Source: an uncultured Candidatus Entotheonella sp. (GTDB taxonomy: Bacteria > Tectomicrobia > Entotheonellia > Entotheonellales > Entotheonellaceae). Taken from it: a stretch of 64,000 bases of DNA. Positions 41,501 through 50,139 of this stretch are shown here, one piece after another; the first letter of the stretch is position 1, and the number at the start of each line of letters is the position of its first letter. The position numbers and the translations under genes are program-made. The stretch is from the NCBI GenBank assembly GCA_965217185.1, contig OZ244252.1:3968001-4032000 (forward strand), given 5' to 3'. The notes beneath the pieces were generated by a model that had not been told where the DNA came from, ran no database searches, and saw only the letters and a program-made list of their open reading frames with translations.

Positions 41501-44500
41501 CAGTATCGAATGGTCGCCGTCGGGGCCCGACGACGACGACTTCGCCATCAGTGAGACGGGCGTGCTCAGCTTCGCCAGCCCCCCGGACTACGAGAGCCCC
41601 AACGACTCGGGCAGTGACAACGTCTACGAGGTGACGGTGGAGGCCCGTGACGACGGCTCCAACTCCGGCACGCTGGAGGTGGTGTTCACCGTGACGGACG
41701 TGGACGAGGGTCCGGAGATATCGGGGCGGCAGAGCCTCAGCTTCCCCGAGAACCGGCCCACGGGGTGGGGCCTGACCACCTACACGGCCACGGACCCCGA
41801 GGACCCGGGCGCCTCGATAACGCGCTGGAGCCTGACGGGCACCGACGCCGGGGACTTCACCATCGACGAGAATGGCCAGCTCTCCTCCAGGAACGTGCCG
41901 GACTACGAGCGTCCCACCGACTCGGACAGGGACAACGTCTACAACCTCTCGGTGCGGGCTTCCGACGGGCGGTACTACAGCTACCTGGAGATCACCGTCA
42001 CCGTGTTTAACGTGAACGAGCCTCCGGTGGTGACGGGCACCGACACGTTCACCTACCGGGAGAACGGCACGGCGACGCTGCACACCTTCCGGGCCACGGA
42101 CCCCGAAGGGAGCGCCATCGTCGCCTGGCGGGTGAGAGGCACGGACTCCGACGACTTCACCATCAGTGAGACGGGCGTGCTCAGCTTCGCCAGCCCCCCG
42201 GACTACGAGAGTCCCACCGACTCCGGCAGGGGGGACAACGTCTACGAGGTGAGGGTGGTGGCCCGTGACGACACCTTCACCGACGGCACGCTGGAGGTGG
42301 TGGTAACCGTGACGGACGTGGACGAGGGACCGGAGATATCGGGGCAGGAGAGCCTCAGCTTTCCCGAGAACCAGGCCACGGAGCTGGTCCTGGACATCTA
42401 CACCGCCACGGACCCCGAGGACCCGAGTGCGGCGATAACGCGCTGGAGCCTGACGGGCACCGACGCCGGGGACTTCACCATAGGCGAGAGCGGCCAGCTG
42501 ACCTTCCGGAACGTGCCGGACCACGAGCGTCCCGCCGACTCGGACAGGGACAACGTCTACAACCTGTCGGTGCGGGCCTCCGACGGGCGATACTACGGCT
42601 ACCTGGAGGTGACCGTCACCGTAGAGGACGTGGACGAGCCGCCGGCGGCGCCGGGCGCGCCGACGGTGTCGGCGACCGCGGGCTCGACGACGAGCCTGGA
42701 CGTGAGCTGGACGGCGCCGGGGAACGCGGGCAAGCCGGCGATCACGAGCTATGACCTGCGCTACCGCGTGGGCAGCAGCGGAAGCTGGACCGACGGCCCG
42801 CAGGACGAGACGGGGACCACCGCGGCGATCAGCGCCCTGACGGCGGGCATCGAGTACCGGGTGCAGGTGCGCGCCAGCAACGACGAGGGCGACGGGGCAT
42901 GGTCGCCGAGCGGCACGGGCAGTACGAGCGTGCCCACGGTCTACGTCAGCTTCGGGCAGGACACGTACACGGTGGCCGAGGGGAGCAGCGTCACGGTCAC
43001 TGTGGAGCTGAGCGCCGACCCCGAGCGCTCCGTCGTGATCTCGATCAGCAGGACCAACCAGGATGGGGCCGACGAGGACGACTACTGGCTGCCCAGGAGC
43101 GTGACGTTCAACAGCGGCGAGACCTCGCAGACGATCACCTTCGGTGCCAGCGTTGACGCCGTGGACGACGACGGCGAGTCGGTCACGCTCGGCTTCGACA
43201 AGCTGCCGCCGGGCGTGAGCGCCGGGACCACCAACGTGGCGACCGTCTCGATCACCGACGTACCCGCGGTCGACGAGGACGCGCCGGCTCCCACGTTGGT
43301 CAGCAACACCTTGCAAATCAGCTTCGACACGAACAATAGTAATAGGGACCGCGCGCAGGCCTTCACCACCGGGCCGAACGCGGGTGGCTACAACCTCGCC
43401 AGCGTCGGATTAGTCTTCGATGATCGACAGGACGACGATGCGGCCGTCTCCCTGTGCCAGGTCGACAATTCTAACTTCCCGACCTCGACCTGTACGGCCC
43501 TGACGGCCCCGGGCAGCGTCGAGTCCAAGCTACGTGTCTTCACCGCCCCCGCCGGCACCATCCTGACACCCAGCACGACCTACGCCATGGTGGTCGAGAG
43601 TCCCGGCGGCGATTTTCTGGCGATGCGGGTGATCTCTGACGACGGCGAGGACCCCGGCGGGGCGGCCGGCTGGACCATCGCCAATAGCTACAGCTTCTAC
43701 AGCGCCTCGGGGGTGTGGATGAACACGAGTAGCGGCGACTCGTTGCGCATCACAATCATGGGCTCCGCCGTCGGTGGCACGCCGCCCGGGCCGACGCTGA
43801 GCGTCGCGGATGCCGAGGGCAACGAGGGCGACGACATGGCCTTCACGGTCACGCTGTCGGAAGCGGCCGCGGCGGACGTGACGGCGACCTGGACCGCGTC
43901 GATCGGGAGCGGCGACACGGCGGAGGCGGAGGATCTCGAGTCGGCGACGGGGACGGTGACGGTCACGGCGAGCCAGACGACGGCGACGGTCACGGTGCCG
44001 ACGGTGGACGACACCACCGACGAGGAGGACGAGACCTTCACGCTGACCCTGTCGAGCCCGTCGAACGCGACGCTGGCGGCGGACCCGACTGCGACGGGCA
44101 CGATCATCGACAACGACCCGGTCGGCATGGGCGGCATCTGCAACCGCACGCCGCGCGTCCGCGACCGCATCATAGCGCTGCTGAAGAACCGGCACAGCTA
44201 CAAGGGCGACTGCTCCGGGGTGAACGAGACGCATCTGGCGAAGCTGCAGTCGCTCGACCTGGGCCGCAACCCGATCACGGAGTCGGTGTTCACGATGAGC
44301 CTGCGGAGCAACGACTTCGAGGGGCTGGTGAACCTCAAGCGGCTTTACATGAGGGAGACCGGGCTTAACTCGCTGCCGGCCGGGGTGTTCTCTGACCTGC
44401 TCAAGCTGGAGACACTGGAACTACACAGGAACCGGCTGAACTCGCTGCCCTACGACGAGTTCGAGGCGCTGCCGAATCTGACGAAGCTGGTGGTGGACCC

Positions 44501-45755
44501 GGAGGGCCGCAGGGGGTACCAGGTGGCGGGCGGCGAGGGCGACGTGACCCTGGAGGTCGCGGCGGGGGGCACGACGACGTATCAGGTGCGCCTGACGCAC
44601 AGGCCGGCCTACGTCGGGACGGCAAACCTGCCGACGTTGACGGTGAGTTCGGACACGGCCGGGGTGACCGCGACCCCGACGACGCTGCGGTTCACCAAGG
44701 AGAACTGGTTCCGGCGCCAGACGGTGACGGTGTCCGCCCCGGCATCGGCGGCCGGCGCGACGGCGACGCTGAGCCACACGTCCACCGGGGTGACGTATGA
44801 CCGGCCGATCCCGACGGTGACGGTGCGGGTGCTGGAGAACGCCCCCGGCCACACGGCCGAGCCGCTGACGGCGGCGTTCGAGGGGGTGCCGGCGGCGCAT
44901 GACGGCGAGGCCGCGCCCGCGGCGCTGACGGCGAGTTTCGTGCAGGTGCCGGCGGAGCATGGCGGGAAGACGGCGTTCAAACTCAGGATCGCGTTCAGCG
45001 AGGACATCTCGATCAACTACCGGACGTTCCGCGACCAGTCGTTATCGGTGTCCGGCGGGAGCGTGACCAGGGCGAAGCGGGTGGACCGGCGCAGGGACCT
45101 GTGGGAGGTGACGGTCAAGCCGAGTCCGCTTGGCGACGTGACGGTGACGCTCGCCGGGGGCCGCGCCTGCGGCACCGCCGGGGCGGTGTGTACCGGCGAC
45201 GGGCGGGCGCTGTCGGCGACGATCTCGACGACGGTGCTGGGTCCGGCGACCGCGCGGCGCCTCACCGGTACCGCAGACGACGACACGCTGAGCGGGCAAG
45301 CGGGTGATGACACGCTGTACGGCGGCGCCGGTCGCGACGAACTCTACGGCGACGGCGGCCACGACGTGCTCTACGGCGGCGACGACGACGACACGCTCTA
45401 CGGCGGCGACGGCCACGACGAGCTCTACGGCGACGACAACGACAGCGGCGCGGCGTCGGGTGACGACCTGCTGGACGGCGGCAGCGGCGCGGACAGCCTG
45501 ACGGGCGGTACGGGCGCCGATACGTTCGTGTTCGCCGCCGGTGACGGCACCGACACGATCACCGACTTCTTCCCCGAGGAGGGCGACCGCATCGACCTGA
45601 GCGCCTTCGCGGGCCTCACCGGCTTCGCGTCGCTGAGGCTGACGGCGGACGGCGACGCCATGATCCTGGACCTGCGCGCCCACGGCGGCGGCACGGTGCG
45701 GCTGGAGGGCATCGCGGTGGCGGACCTGTTGGCGGCGGACTTTCTGTGGCCGTAG
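38574..45755 (+). CDS. Giant modular adhesin: signal peptide, His/Asp-rich tip, Fn3, ~11 cadherin-like repeats, Fn3, Calx-beta x2, LRR, Ig-like, RTX Ca-binding tail
   Basis: RBS AAGGAG plus GTG 38574 ([15 protein letters not shown]..). Repeats [29 protein letters not shown], GGxGxD nonapeptides and DTITDF..DRIDLS. Confidence 0.92.
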   Translation: MKNLASIALAIAVLCVANYAGAHDTSGHNARTSHAASIRHSWHDHDKDSDTIWFNFAFEVIDPVGSDDGLRDDDDRTFDRWRDRDPDVAEDVVDESAILEDSPIYNEDEDDAGRVRQTWYMPHIHWNHEHPAPAAPGAPTVSATAGSTTSLDVSWTAPGNTGKPAITSYDLRYRVGSSGSWTDGPQDETGTTAAISALTAGTEYQVQVRASNDEGDSGWSAAGTGSTSGPANNAPVFSDATLTRSVAENTGANQNVGAGIPAAMDADGDSLTYTMEGADAASFTFDASARRIKTKTGVSYDHEAKSSYAVTIRVSDGAASGTVAVTIDVTDVNEPPEISGQESLSFTENQATELVLTTYTATDPEDPNASITRWSLTGTDAGDFTIDESGQLTFRNVPDYERPADSGRDNIYTFSVRASDGRYYGYLEVTVTVEDVNEPPAVTGTDTFTYRENGTATLHTFRVTDPEGSSIEWSLSGPDDDDFAISETGVLSFASPPNYESPTDSGSDNVYEVTVEARDDGSNSGTLEVVVTVTDVDEGPEISGRQSLSFTENQATDRVLATYTATDPEDPSASITRWSLTGTDAGDFAISETGVLSFASPPNHENPNDSGRDNVYNLSVRASDGRYYGYLEVTVTVTDEDELPVVTGTITFTYRENGTAALHTFRATDPEGSSIEWSLSGPDGDDFAISETGVLSFASPPNYESPNDSGRDNVYNLSVRASDGRYYGYLEVTVTVEDVNEPPAVTGTSTFTYRENGTAALHTFRATDPEGSSIEWSLSGPDAGDFTISETGVLSFASPPNYESPTDSGSDNVYAVTVVARDDASNSGTLDVVVTVTDQNEGPEISGQQSLSFTENQATDRVLATYTATDPEDPSASITRWSLTGTDAGDFTIDESGQLTFRNVPDHERPADSGRDNVYNLSVRASDGRYYGYLEVTVTVEDVNEPPAVTGTSTFTYRENGTAALHTFRATDPEGSSIEWSPSGPDDDDFAISETGVLSFASPPDYESPNDSGSDNVYEVTVEARDDGSNSGTLEVVFTVTDVDEGPEISGRQSLSFPENRPTGWGLTTYTATDPEDPGASITRWSLTGTDAGDFTIDENGQLSSRNVPDYERPTDSDRDNVYNLSVRASDGRYYSYLEITVTVFNVNEPPVVTGTDTFTYRENGTATLHTFRATDPEGSAIVAWRVRGTDSDDFTISETGVLSFASPPDYESPTDSGRGDNVYEVRVVARDDTFTDGTLEVVVTVTDVDEGPEISGQESLSFPENQATELVLDIYTATDPEDPSAAITRWSLTGTDAGDFTIGESGQLTFRNVPDHERPADSDRDNVYNLSVRASDGRYYGYLEVTVTVEDVDEPPAAPGAPTVSATAGSTTSLDVSWTAPGNAGKPAITSYDLRYRVGSSGSWTDGPQDETGTTAAISALTAGIEYRVQVRASNDEGDGAWSPSGTGSTSVPTVYVSFGQDTYTVAEGSSVTVTVELSADPERSVVISISRTNQDGADEDDYWLPRSVTFNSGETSQTITFGASVDAVDDDGESVTLGFDKLPPGVSAGTTNVATVSITDVPAVDEDAPAPTLVSNTLQISFDTNNSNRDRAQAFTTGPNAGGYNLASVGLVFDDRQDDDAAVSLCQVDNSNFPTSTCTALTAPGSVESKLRVFTAPAGTILTPSTTYAMVVESPGGDFLAMRVISDDGEDPGGAAGWTIANSYSFYSASGVWMNTSSGDSLRITIMGSAVGGTPPGPTLSVADAEGNEGDDMAFTVTLSEAAAADVTATWTASIGSGDTAEAEDLESATGTVTVTASQTTATVTVPTVDDTTDEEDETFTLTLSSPSNATLAADPTATGTIIDNDPVGMGGICNRTPRVRDRIIALLKNRHSYKGDCSGVNETHLAKLQSLDLGRNPITESVFTMSLRSNDFEGLVNLKRLYMRETGLNSLPAGVFSDLLKLETLELHRNRLNSLPYDEFEALPNLTKLVVDPEGRRGYQVAGGEGDVTLEVAAGGTTTYQVRLTHRPAYVGTANLPTLTVSSDTAGVTATPTTLRFTKENWFRRQTVTVSAPASAAGATATLSHTSTGVTYDRPIPTVTVRVLENAPGHTAEPLTAAFEGVPAAHDGEAAPAALTASFVQVPAEHGGKTAFKLRIAFSEDISINYRTFRDQSLSVSGGSVTRAKRVDRRRDLWEVTVKPSPLGDVTVTLAGGRACGTAGAVCTGDGRALSATISTTVLGPATARRLTGTADDDTLSGQAGDDTLYGGAGRDELYGDGGHDVLYGGDDDDTLYGGDGHDELYGDDNDSGAASGDDLLDGGSGADSLTGGTGADTFVFAAGDGTDTITDFFPEEGDRIDLSAFAGLTGFASLRLTADGDAMILDLRAHGGGTVRLEGIAVADLLAADFLWP
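38969..42893 (+). repeat. Intragenic repeat array: two near-identical Fn3 units flanking A/B cadherin units of ~300 bp
   Basis: 38969-39222 matches 42641-42893. Ten units start EISG.. (A) or AVTGT/VVTGT.. (B) between ~39575 and 42640. Confidence 0.93.
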
Positions 45756-45769
45756 AGCGTTGCTCCGGT

Positions 45770-45982
45770 GCCGCCGGATGCCTGCCCCCGTTCAAGCCGG
45801 GGGCAGGCCGTGCGCCGGAGTGACGAATTGGGCGTTGGACGGTCCGGCGCGTTTCCGTATCGGATGGCACCGGGAAGCCGTTGGCCGGCTCATGTGCCCC
45901 CCTCACCCCTGCCCCCGGATCAAAGCCTGCCCCGGACTTGATACGGGGCCCGGGGTGCCGTTCTTTCGCCGGAGTGACGAAT
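45770..45982. repeat. Cluster of REP-like palindromes downstream of the adhesin
   Basis: GCCTGCCCC..GGGG hairpins, each followed by CGCCGGAGTGACGAAT (twice). Confidence 0.6.
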
Positions 45983-46148
45983 CGGCCACGCATCATTTCA
46001 AAGATTTCGGTCTGCCAGGAAACCATGAAAAGGGAATTATATACGCTGGTAACTTTGCTGTTGACTCCGCTTGGAAGCGGGGAGTAAAGTTGAATGTCCG
46101 TGCTTGAGGGTTGGCATCCTGATTGCAACTAGCGCGGACGGGAGAATA

Positions 46149-46241
46149 AGGGCGGAGCGGGAGTCGAACCCGCTACTGGTGCCGTGAACACCAGTGCCAA
46201 GGGTTGCAAGCCCTGCACCGTGGCCGTCTGGTTCTCCGCCC
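46149..46241 (-). tRNA. Non-canonical tRNA-like gene: class II body with long variable arm, anticodon UGC
   Basis: Acceptor GGGCGGA/TCCGCCC. D-arm ACC/GGT with GG in the loop. Anticodon arm AGGG-CTTGCAA-CCCT. V-arm ACTGGTG/CACCAGT. T-arm GCGGG-TTCGACT-CCCGC. No encoded CCA. Confidence 0.75.
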
Positions 46242-46259
46242 CCTAGGGAGCATTGGTTT

Positions 46260-46295
46260 AGGCCCGTCATGTCTTTATGAATGACGGGCCTTTTG
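46260..46295 (+). terminator. Terminator-like hairpin in front of the transposase body
   Basis: AGGCCCGTCAT..ATGACGGGCCT followed by TTT. Confidence 0.45.
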
Positions 46296-46997
46296 CATTT
46301 CTGGCAATCATTTATCGGCTATCAAGGCTGGTTGATTGCCCTGTACTCCCTGACGACGAATCTGAAAGGCACCAGCAGCATGAAGCTGCACCGCGACCTC
46401 GGCATTACGCAGAAGTCAGCCTGGTTTCTGGCGCACCGTATCCGGGAAGCATGGGTTGACGATCAAACCCCGTTTAACGGCCCTGTCGAAGTGGACGAAA
46501 CCTTTGTCGGCGGTAAGGAAGCTAACAAACACGCCAACAAGAAGTTGAAGGCTGGCCGAGGGACGGTTGGCAAGACGGCTGTTGTGGGTGCGCGGGACAG
46601 AGAAACGGGCAAGGTGAGCGCGGCAGTGATAAGCGATACGAAGTCAGCAACGCTGCAAGGCTTTGTTGCCGACAACGCTGCGCCGGATGCTGATGTGTAT
46701 CACGATGATGCTACGGCTTACCGTGATCTGCCTTTCAGCCATGCCGCTGTGAAACACAGCATCAACCAGTACGTTGACGGCAAGGTGCATACCAATGGGA
46801 TTGAGTCGTTTTGGGCGATGCTGAAACGCGGCCACAAGGGAACGTACCACAAGATGAGCAACAAGCATCTTGGTAGGTACGTTGATGAATTTGTGGGCAG
46901 ACACAACAAGCGCCCATCCGATACGATTGACCAGATGGGCGCTTTGGTGAGCGGTATGGAAGGCAAGCGGCTCAGGTATCAAGACCTGATCGCTTAA
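46281..46997 (+). pseudogene. IS1595 (ISXO2-like) transposase lacking the N-terminal zinc ribbon
   Basis: SSMKLHRDLGITQKSAW, VEVDETFVGG, HTNGIESFWAMLKR, YVDEFVGRHN. No CxxC domain. Confidence 0.88.
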
Positions 46998-47218
46998 AAG
47001 CCTGCGAGAAAGGACTCAATCTCTTCAGGGGAGCAACCGGATTTTGCTAGGCACTCCCTCGCATACTCTGGGTCTATAGCCCCCCTGCGCGGCACAATCA
47101 CCATGGGATCTCGGTGACCCCTTCCTCTTCTCCGATACAGCAGGTTGCTCCTATGGGTTCTTTGGTGGGTGTAACCAAGTTCACGTATTTTGTCCAGAAA
47201 TCGCCTTCGCTCAATCAT
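46994..47218 (-). CDS. HicA-like small basic protein (putative toxin)
   Basis: 74 aa: helix-LRELGY-like start, strand region, VIVP, C-terminal helices EEIESFL. TAATG-coupled to the upstream gene. Canonical GSH motif is not evident. Confidence 0.55.
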   Translation of the reverse strand: MIERRRFLDKIRELGYTHQRTHRSNLLYRRRGRGHRDPMVIVPRRGAIDPEYARECLAKSGCSPEEIESFLAGF

Positions 47219-47514
47219 TAAGCTCCAACCAGTTCCGGGACAAATGGCAAATCGAACTCGGTCTCGGTGCCGATGTCTAATGGCCTATCCACGATCCATC
47301 CTTGCTCATCAAGGAATTGCTCAAAATCCCCTGTATCTACGAGGTCTTGAAGTGCCATTTCAAGACCATCATGGATGGCATCCATCATCTCAGCCCATGT
47401 GCCTGCCTGCAAGGTCATCAGTGGGGCATCACAAGCACCAATCCATACGCCATTGTCGGATTGCCATACCTTGCAATGTAGACTGCCTTTTATGCGAACC
47501 ACCTCGCTGCTCAT
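47218..47514 (-). CDS. HicB-like acidic protein (putative antitoxin)
   Basis: DNGVWIGACDAPLMTLQAGTWAEMMDAIHDGLEM fits the HicB partial RNase H fold. ATGA-coupled to the upstream gene. Confidence 0.65.
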   Translation of the reverse strand: MSSEVVRIKGSLHCKVWQSDNGVWIGACDAPLMTLQAGTWAEMMDAIHDGLEMALQDLVDTGDFEQFLDEQGWIVDRPLDIGTETEFDLPFVPELVGA

Positions 47515-47708
47515 ACGCTGCCCTCCTCGTCGGCAGCATGATGCCAGATTTGATTTCTGGCCTGCATGAACTTCCACTCACTGCCCTTGCGCGGTGGCGT
47601 TCTGAATATCGCCTTAGCGACATTCTCTGGCGTGTCGTTGATTGGCTCGGGCATCACAAGCGGTGGTCGCCCCGCTTTGCGAGCCTCCTGCTTTGCCGCG
47701 CTAGACAT
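47511..47708 (-). CDS. Small basic hypothetical protein, first gene of the IS passenger operon
   Basis: RBS GGGGAG, MSSAAKQEARKAGRPPLVMPEPINDTPENVAKAIF. Stop overlaps the next start. Confidence 0.55.
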   Translation of the reverse strand: MSSAAKQEARKAGRPPLVMPEPINDTPENVAKAIFRTPPRKGSEWKFMQARNQIWHHAADEEGSV

Positions 47709-47981
47709 AACATGATCTCCCCTGTGGTTGGCATTAGCAGTGCAGGTGCGCAAATGTGCACTGTACTGCCTGAATGGCTAAGGGTATATACGACGCTTTA
47801 CGATGTAAACCGAAATCCGCATGTAGAAACGCCGACCTAGTAGGTGAGAATTTCGACCGCGGAAAGCCGATCCTGCTAAGTCATTTTGTTACCAGCGTAT
47901 ATAATTCTCCATGAAAATCTCGGTTTGAGAGGGTGAGGGGTGAGAGAAGGAGAAAGCATGGCGGACGGTGCCAAGGACCCT

Positions 47982-49130
47982 TCAGCGACCAAGCCACGAC
48001 AACTCCGAAAGCGACAGCACCAGCCGCACCAGTTCCGCCTGACGCGAGATGCCATGCTTGTCGTAGACCTGCTTCAGAAACCAGTACACGGTGTTTGCCT
48101 GGCGGCGCGTCGCCACCGCTATGTCGCGCACCGTCTTGCCCTCGGCCAACAGGGTCGCCACCTGGCTCTCGGAAGGCGTCAGCCCCAGGGCCGCCGCCAC
48201 CAGGTTCGAGTCGATTCTCGGCCGGCTTCCCGGGTCGACCGCCAGCACCAGCGCCGCGACGGGCCTAAGGCCAAAGTCCATCTGGCGCGCGGGCACCGGA
48301 CTCAGGTGTACCGCCAGACGCGGCAGACCGGCTGGGCGCCTGACCGTCATTGAACCGCTGGCGGCTTGGCCACTAAACGTCGGCAGCGCCTGCCCCAGCA
48401 GCGTCTCCAGACGGGCGTTGTCTGACTGCAACCGGGCGTGCAGAAAGCCGTCCTCGTCGAACAACCCGTCGCCCTGACGCAGCGTGTCACGGGCCCGGTC
48501 GTTCGCCTCAATGATCCGACCGCGCCAATCCAGGTGAATGACGCCGACCCGGGTGTTGTCGAGCAACTCGCTGAGAGAGCCGCCCAGGGCCTCGGCGCCG
48601 GCCACCGCCCGACGGATTTGCACGAACTGCCGGATATGAGGCAACAGACGATGGATCATCTCGAGCTGGGCGGCGTGCCAGCCGCCTGCTTCAACGGGGT
48701 CGGCAAGGGCCCAGACGATACGCGAGTCGTTCGGCCCGTCCAGGCGCACGTTCAGGCCGTTCTGGGCGCCGGAGTGGCGCATCCACTCGTTGTACGTCGC
48801 TGAGGTCTTCAACTCCTCGTCGGTGTAGAGCTCGGTGACGTGCGCCACGCGGCTGTCGGGCAACTGTCTCAGGCGCGGCAGCCGCTCATCGCAGGGGTGG
48901 TAGACCTCGAAGTAGGTGCGTTCCAGATCTTGGCGGCGCTCGCCTCGGCAGTAGAATCTGGCGGACAAAATCCGCACGTCGCTGCCAAAGCCTTCAGCGA
49001 CGATCAGTTTATTGCCCGTCATGCCACAGGCCGCGTCGATCAGGGCGGAGGTGGCGGGCCAGTGGGCATCGTCGAGCATGGCTTCGTGCAACAACGTAAG
49101 GATGCGGTCGAACGTGTCGTATTGGCTCAT
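47982..49130 (-). CDS. LuxR-family transcriptional regulator with a PAS-like domain
   Basis: LLDNTRVGVIHLDWRGRIIEANDRA (PAS-like) and C-terminal HTH LTPSESQVATLLAEG..RQAELVRLVL. Confidence 0.9.
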   Translation of the reverse strand: MSQYDTFDRILTLLHEAMLDDAHWPATSALIDAACGMTGNKLIVAEGFGSDVRILSARFYCRGERRQDLERTYFEVYHPCDERLPRLRQLPDSRVAHVTELYTDEELKTSATYNEWMRHSGAQNGLNVRLDGPNDSRIVWALADPVEAGGWHAAQLEMIHRLLPHIRQFVQIRRAVAGAEALGGSLSELLDNTRVGVIHLDWRGRIIEANDRARDTLRQGDGLFDEDGFLHARLQSDNARLETLLGQALPTFSGQAASGSMTVRRPAGLPRLAVHLSPVPARQMDFGLRPVAALVLAVDPGSRPRIDSNLVAAALGLTPSESQVATLLAEGKTVRDIAVATRRQANTVYWFLKQVYDKHGISRQAELVRLVLSLSELSWLGR

Positions 49131-49479
49131 GCGGTCTTGTTTCCCTCCGGATTTCCCTGTTTTCTGCCGCTATTTCCGGCCCGGCAGTCGTGGCAGCCTG
49201 CCCCTTGAGCGGCGGGCGAAAAAGAAATGCCCTGGCGAGTCTCCGCGCCTGCCAGGGCATTCGTGCATGGAGGGAGGCCGTCTGTGGATTGTCGGCATGG
49301 CGCCGGGTCTCAAAGGACCGGCTGTTGTTGGCAAACCCCAATCCATCCAGTCCCGGCAAGATGTGTACAGATACAGACCTCCGTGAGGGTTGTCGGTGAA
49401 GCGTCCGACATCGCGGACGCAGGCGATTGTAATGCGTGCTTCCCAGCCGAATGCGCACCCCCGGCTCTGGGGAACCCCC

Positions 49480-49680
49480 GCCCAATGTAACCCGCAGCCG
49501 CAACCGTTTCTTCGCGTCCCATGGATGCGCCACGTACGCGCTGCCGGTCGCTCCGGAAATGTTCTTCTCCGTGCCGTCGGTCGGGTTCGACGTGTGTCTT
49601 GAAGAACGCTTACGCCCAAATTGCGCGGGCGCCGTCTTGGGCCGACGGCCGCGGTAGCGTGCCTTGGCGACCATTCCACG
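49480..49680 (-). pseudogene. Degraded remnant of a surface-protein gene
   Basis: TDGTEKNISGATGSAYVAHPWDAKKRLRLRVT resembles the Ig-like repeat 'ISGATxSTYT..D.GK.I.VRV'. Sits right behind sigma54 cassette 2. Confidence 0.45.
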
Positions 49681-49700
49681 GGTCGTCTCTAAAGTCTGGG

Positions 49701-49931
49701 GCATAAACTGTGCCAAATCCTTGACGGTTGGATAAGCCGTTTACGAAAAAAAGGTTAGGGGTTATCGCGTGGACAGGAGACGACTGCAGGGTGAGGCATA
49801 ATGAAACAATTGAAAGACGCCGGTGGAGAAGAGAGAGGCTGCTAACTGTTTGTTATTTCGTTGCTTGACATATGATATTCGGAAAAACTGGGGATGTGTG
49901 CCGATTTGCAACACTGCCGTATTTTGCAACA
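49701..49931 (-). promoter_or_regulatory. sigma54 promoter/enhancer cassette, copy 2
   Basis: TGGCACAGTTTATGC, IHF-like boxes and TTGCAACACTGCCGTATTTTGCAACA. Confidence 0.72.
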
Positions 49932-50139
49932 GGTATGGGTCGAGCAGAAAGGTCGTTGCCCGGATGAATGCGGGAGCATACCGGGGCGGGCCGGCGAGCG
50001 ACCTGGGGGTCTTGCTGTCCAAGCAGCTGCAAAGCATGGCGGTAGAACAGGTGTGCCAATGCGATAAGGGGCTGTCCTGCCCTAGATCCGTGCAGGACAG
50101 CCACCTTGAACGCACATTTTCTTATGGTTGAGATTTATA

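Larger units (their letters stand above)
46032..47909 (+). mobile_element. IS1595-family element with passenger genes
   Basis: 22-bp TIRs G(G/A)GAATTATATACGCTGGTAAC (46032-46053 / 47888-47909) and 8-bp target duplication CATGAAAA (46024-46031 / 47910-47917). Confidence 0.95.

Noticed and set aside
39575..42640. CRISPR array
   Set aside because: The repeats are ~300-bp in-frame coding units without unique spacers, and there are no cas genes.
46149..46241. Canonical tRNA-Sec, tRNA-Cys or tRNA-Ala, or a tRNA integration site
   Set aside because: The loop register gives UGC, not UCA or GCA. The D-stem is short. The long V-arm and lack of G3-U70 are incompatible with tRNA-Ala. It lies inside the IS termini with no integrase.
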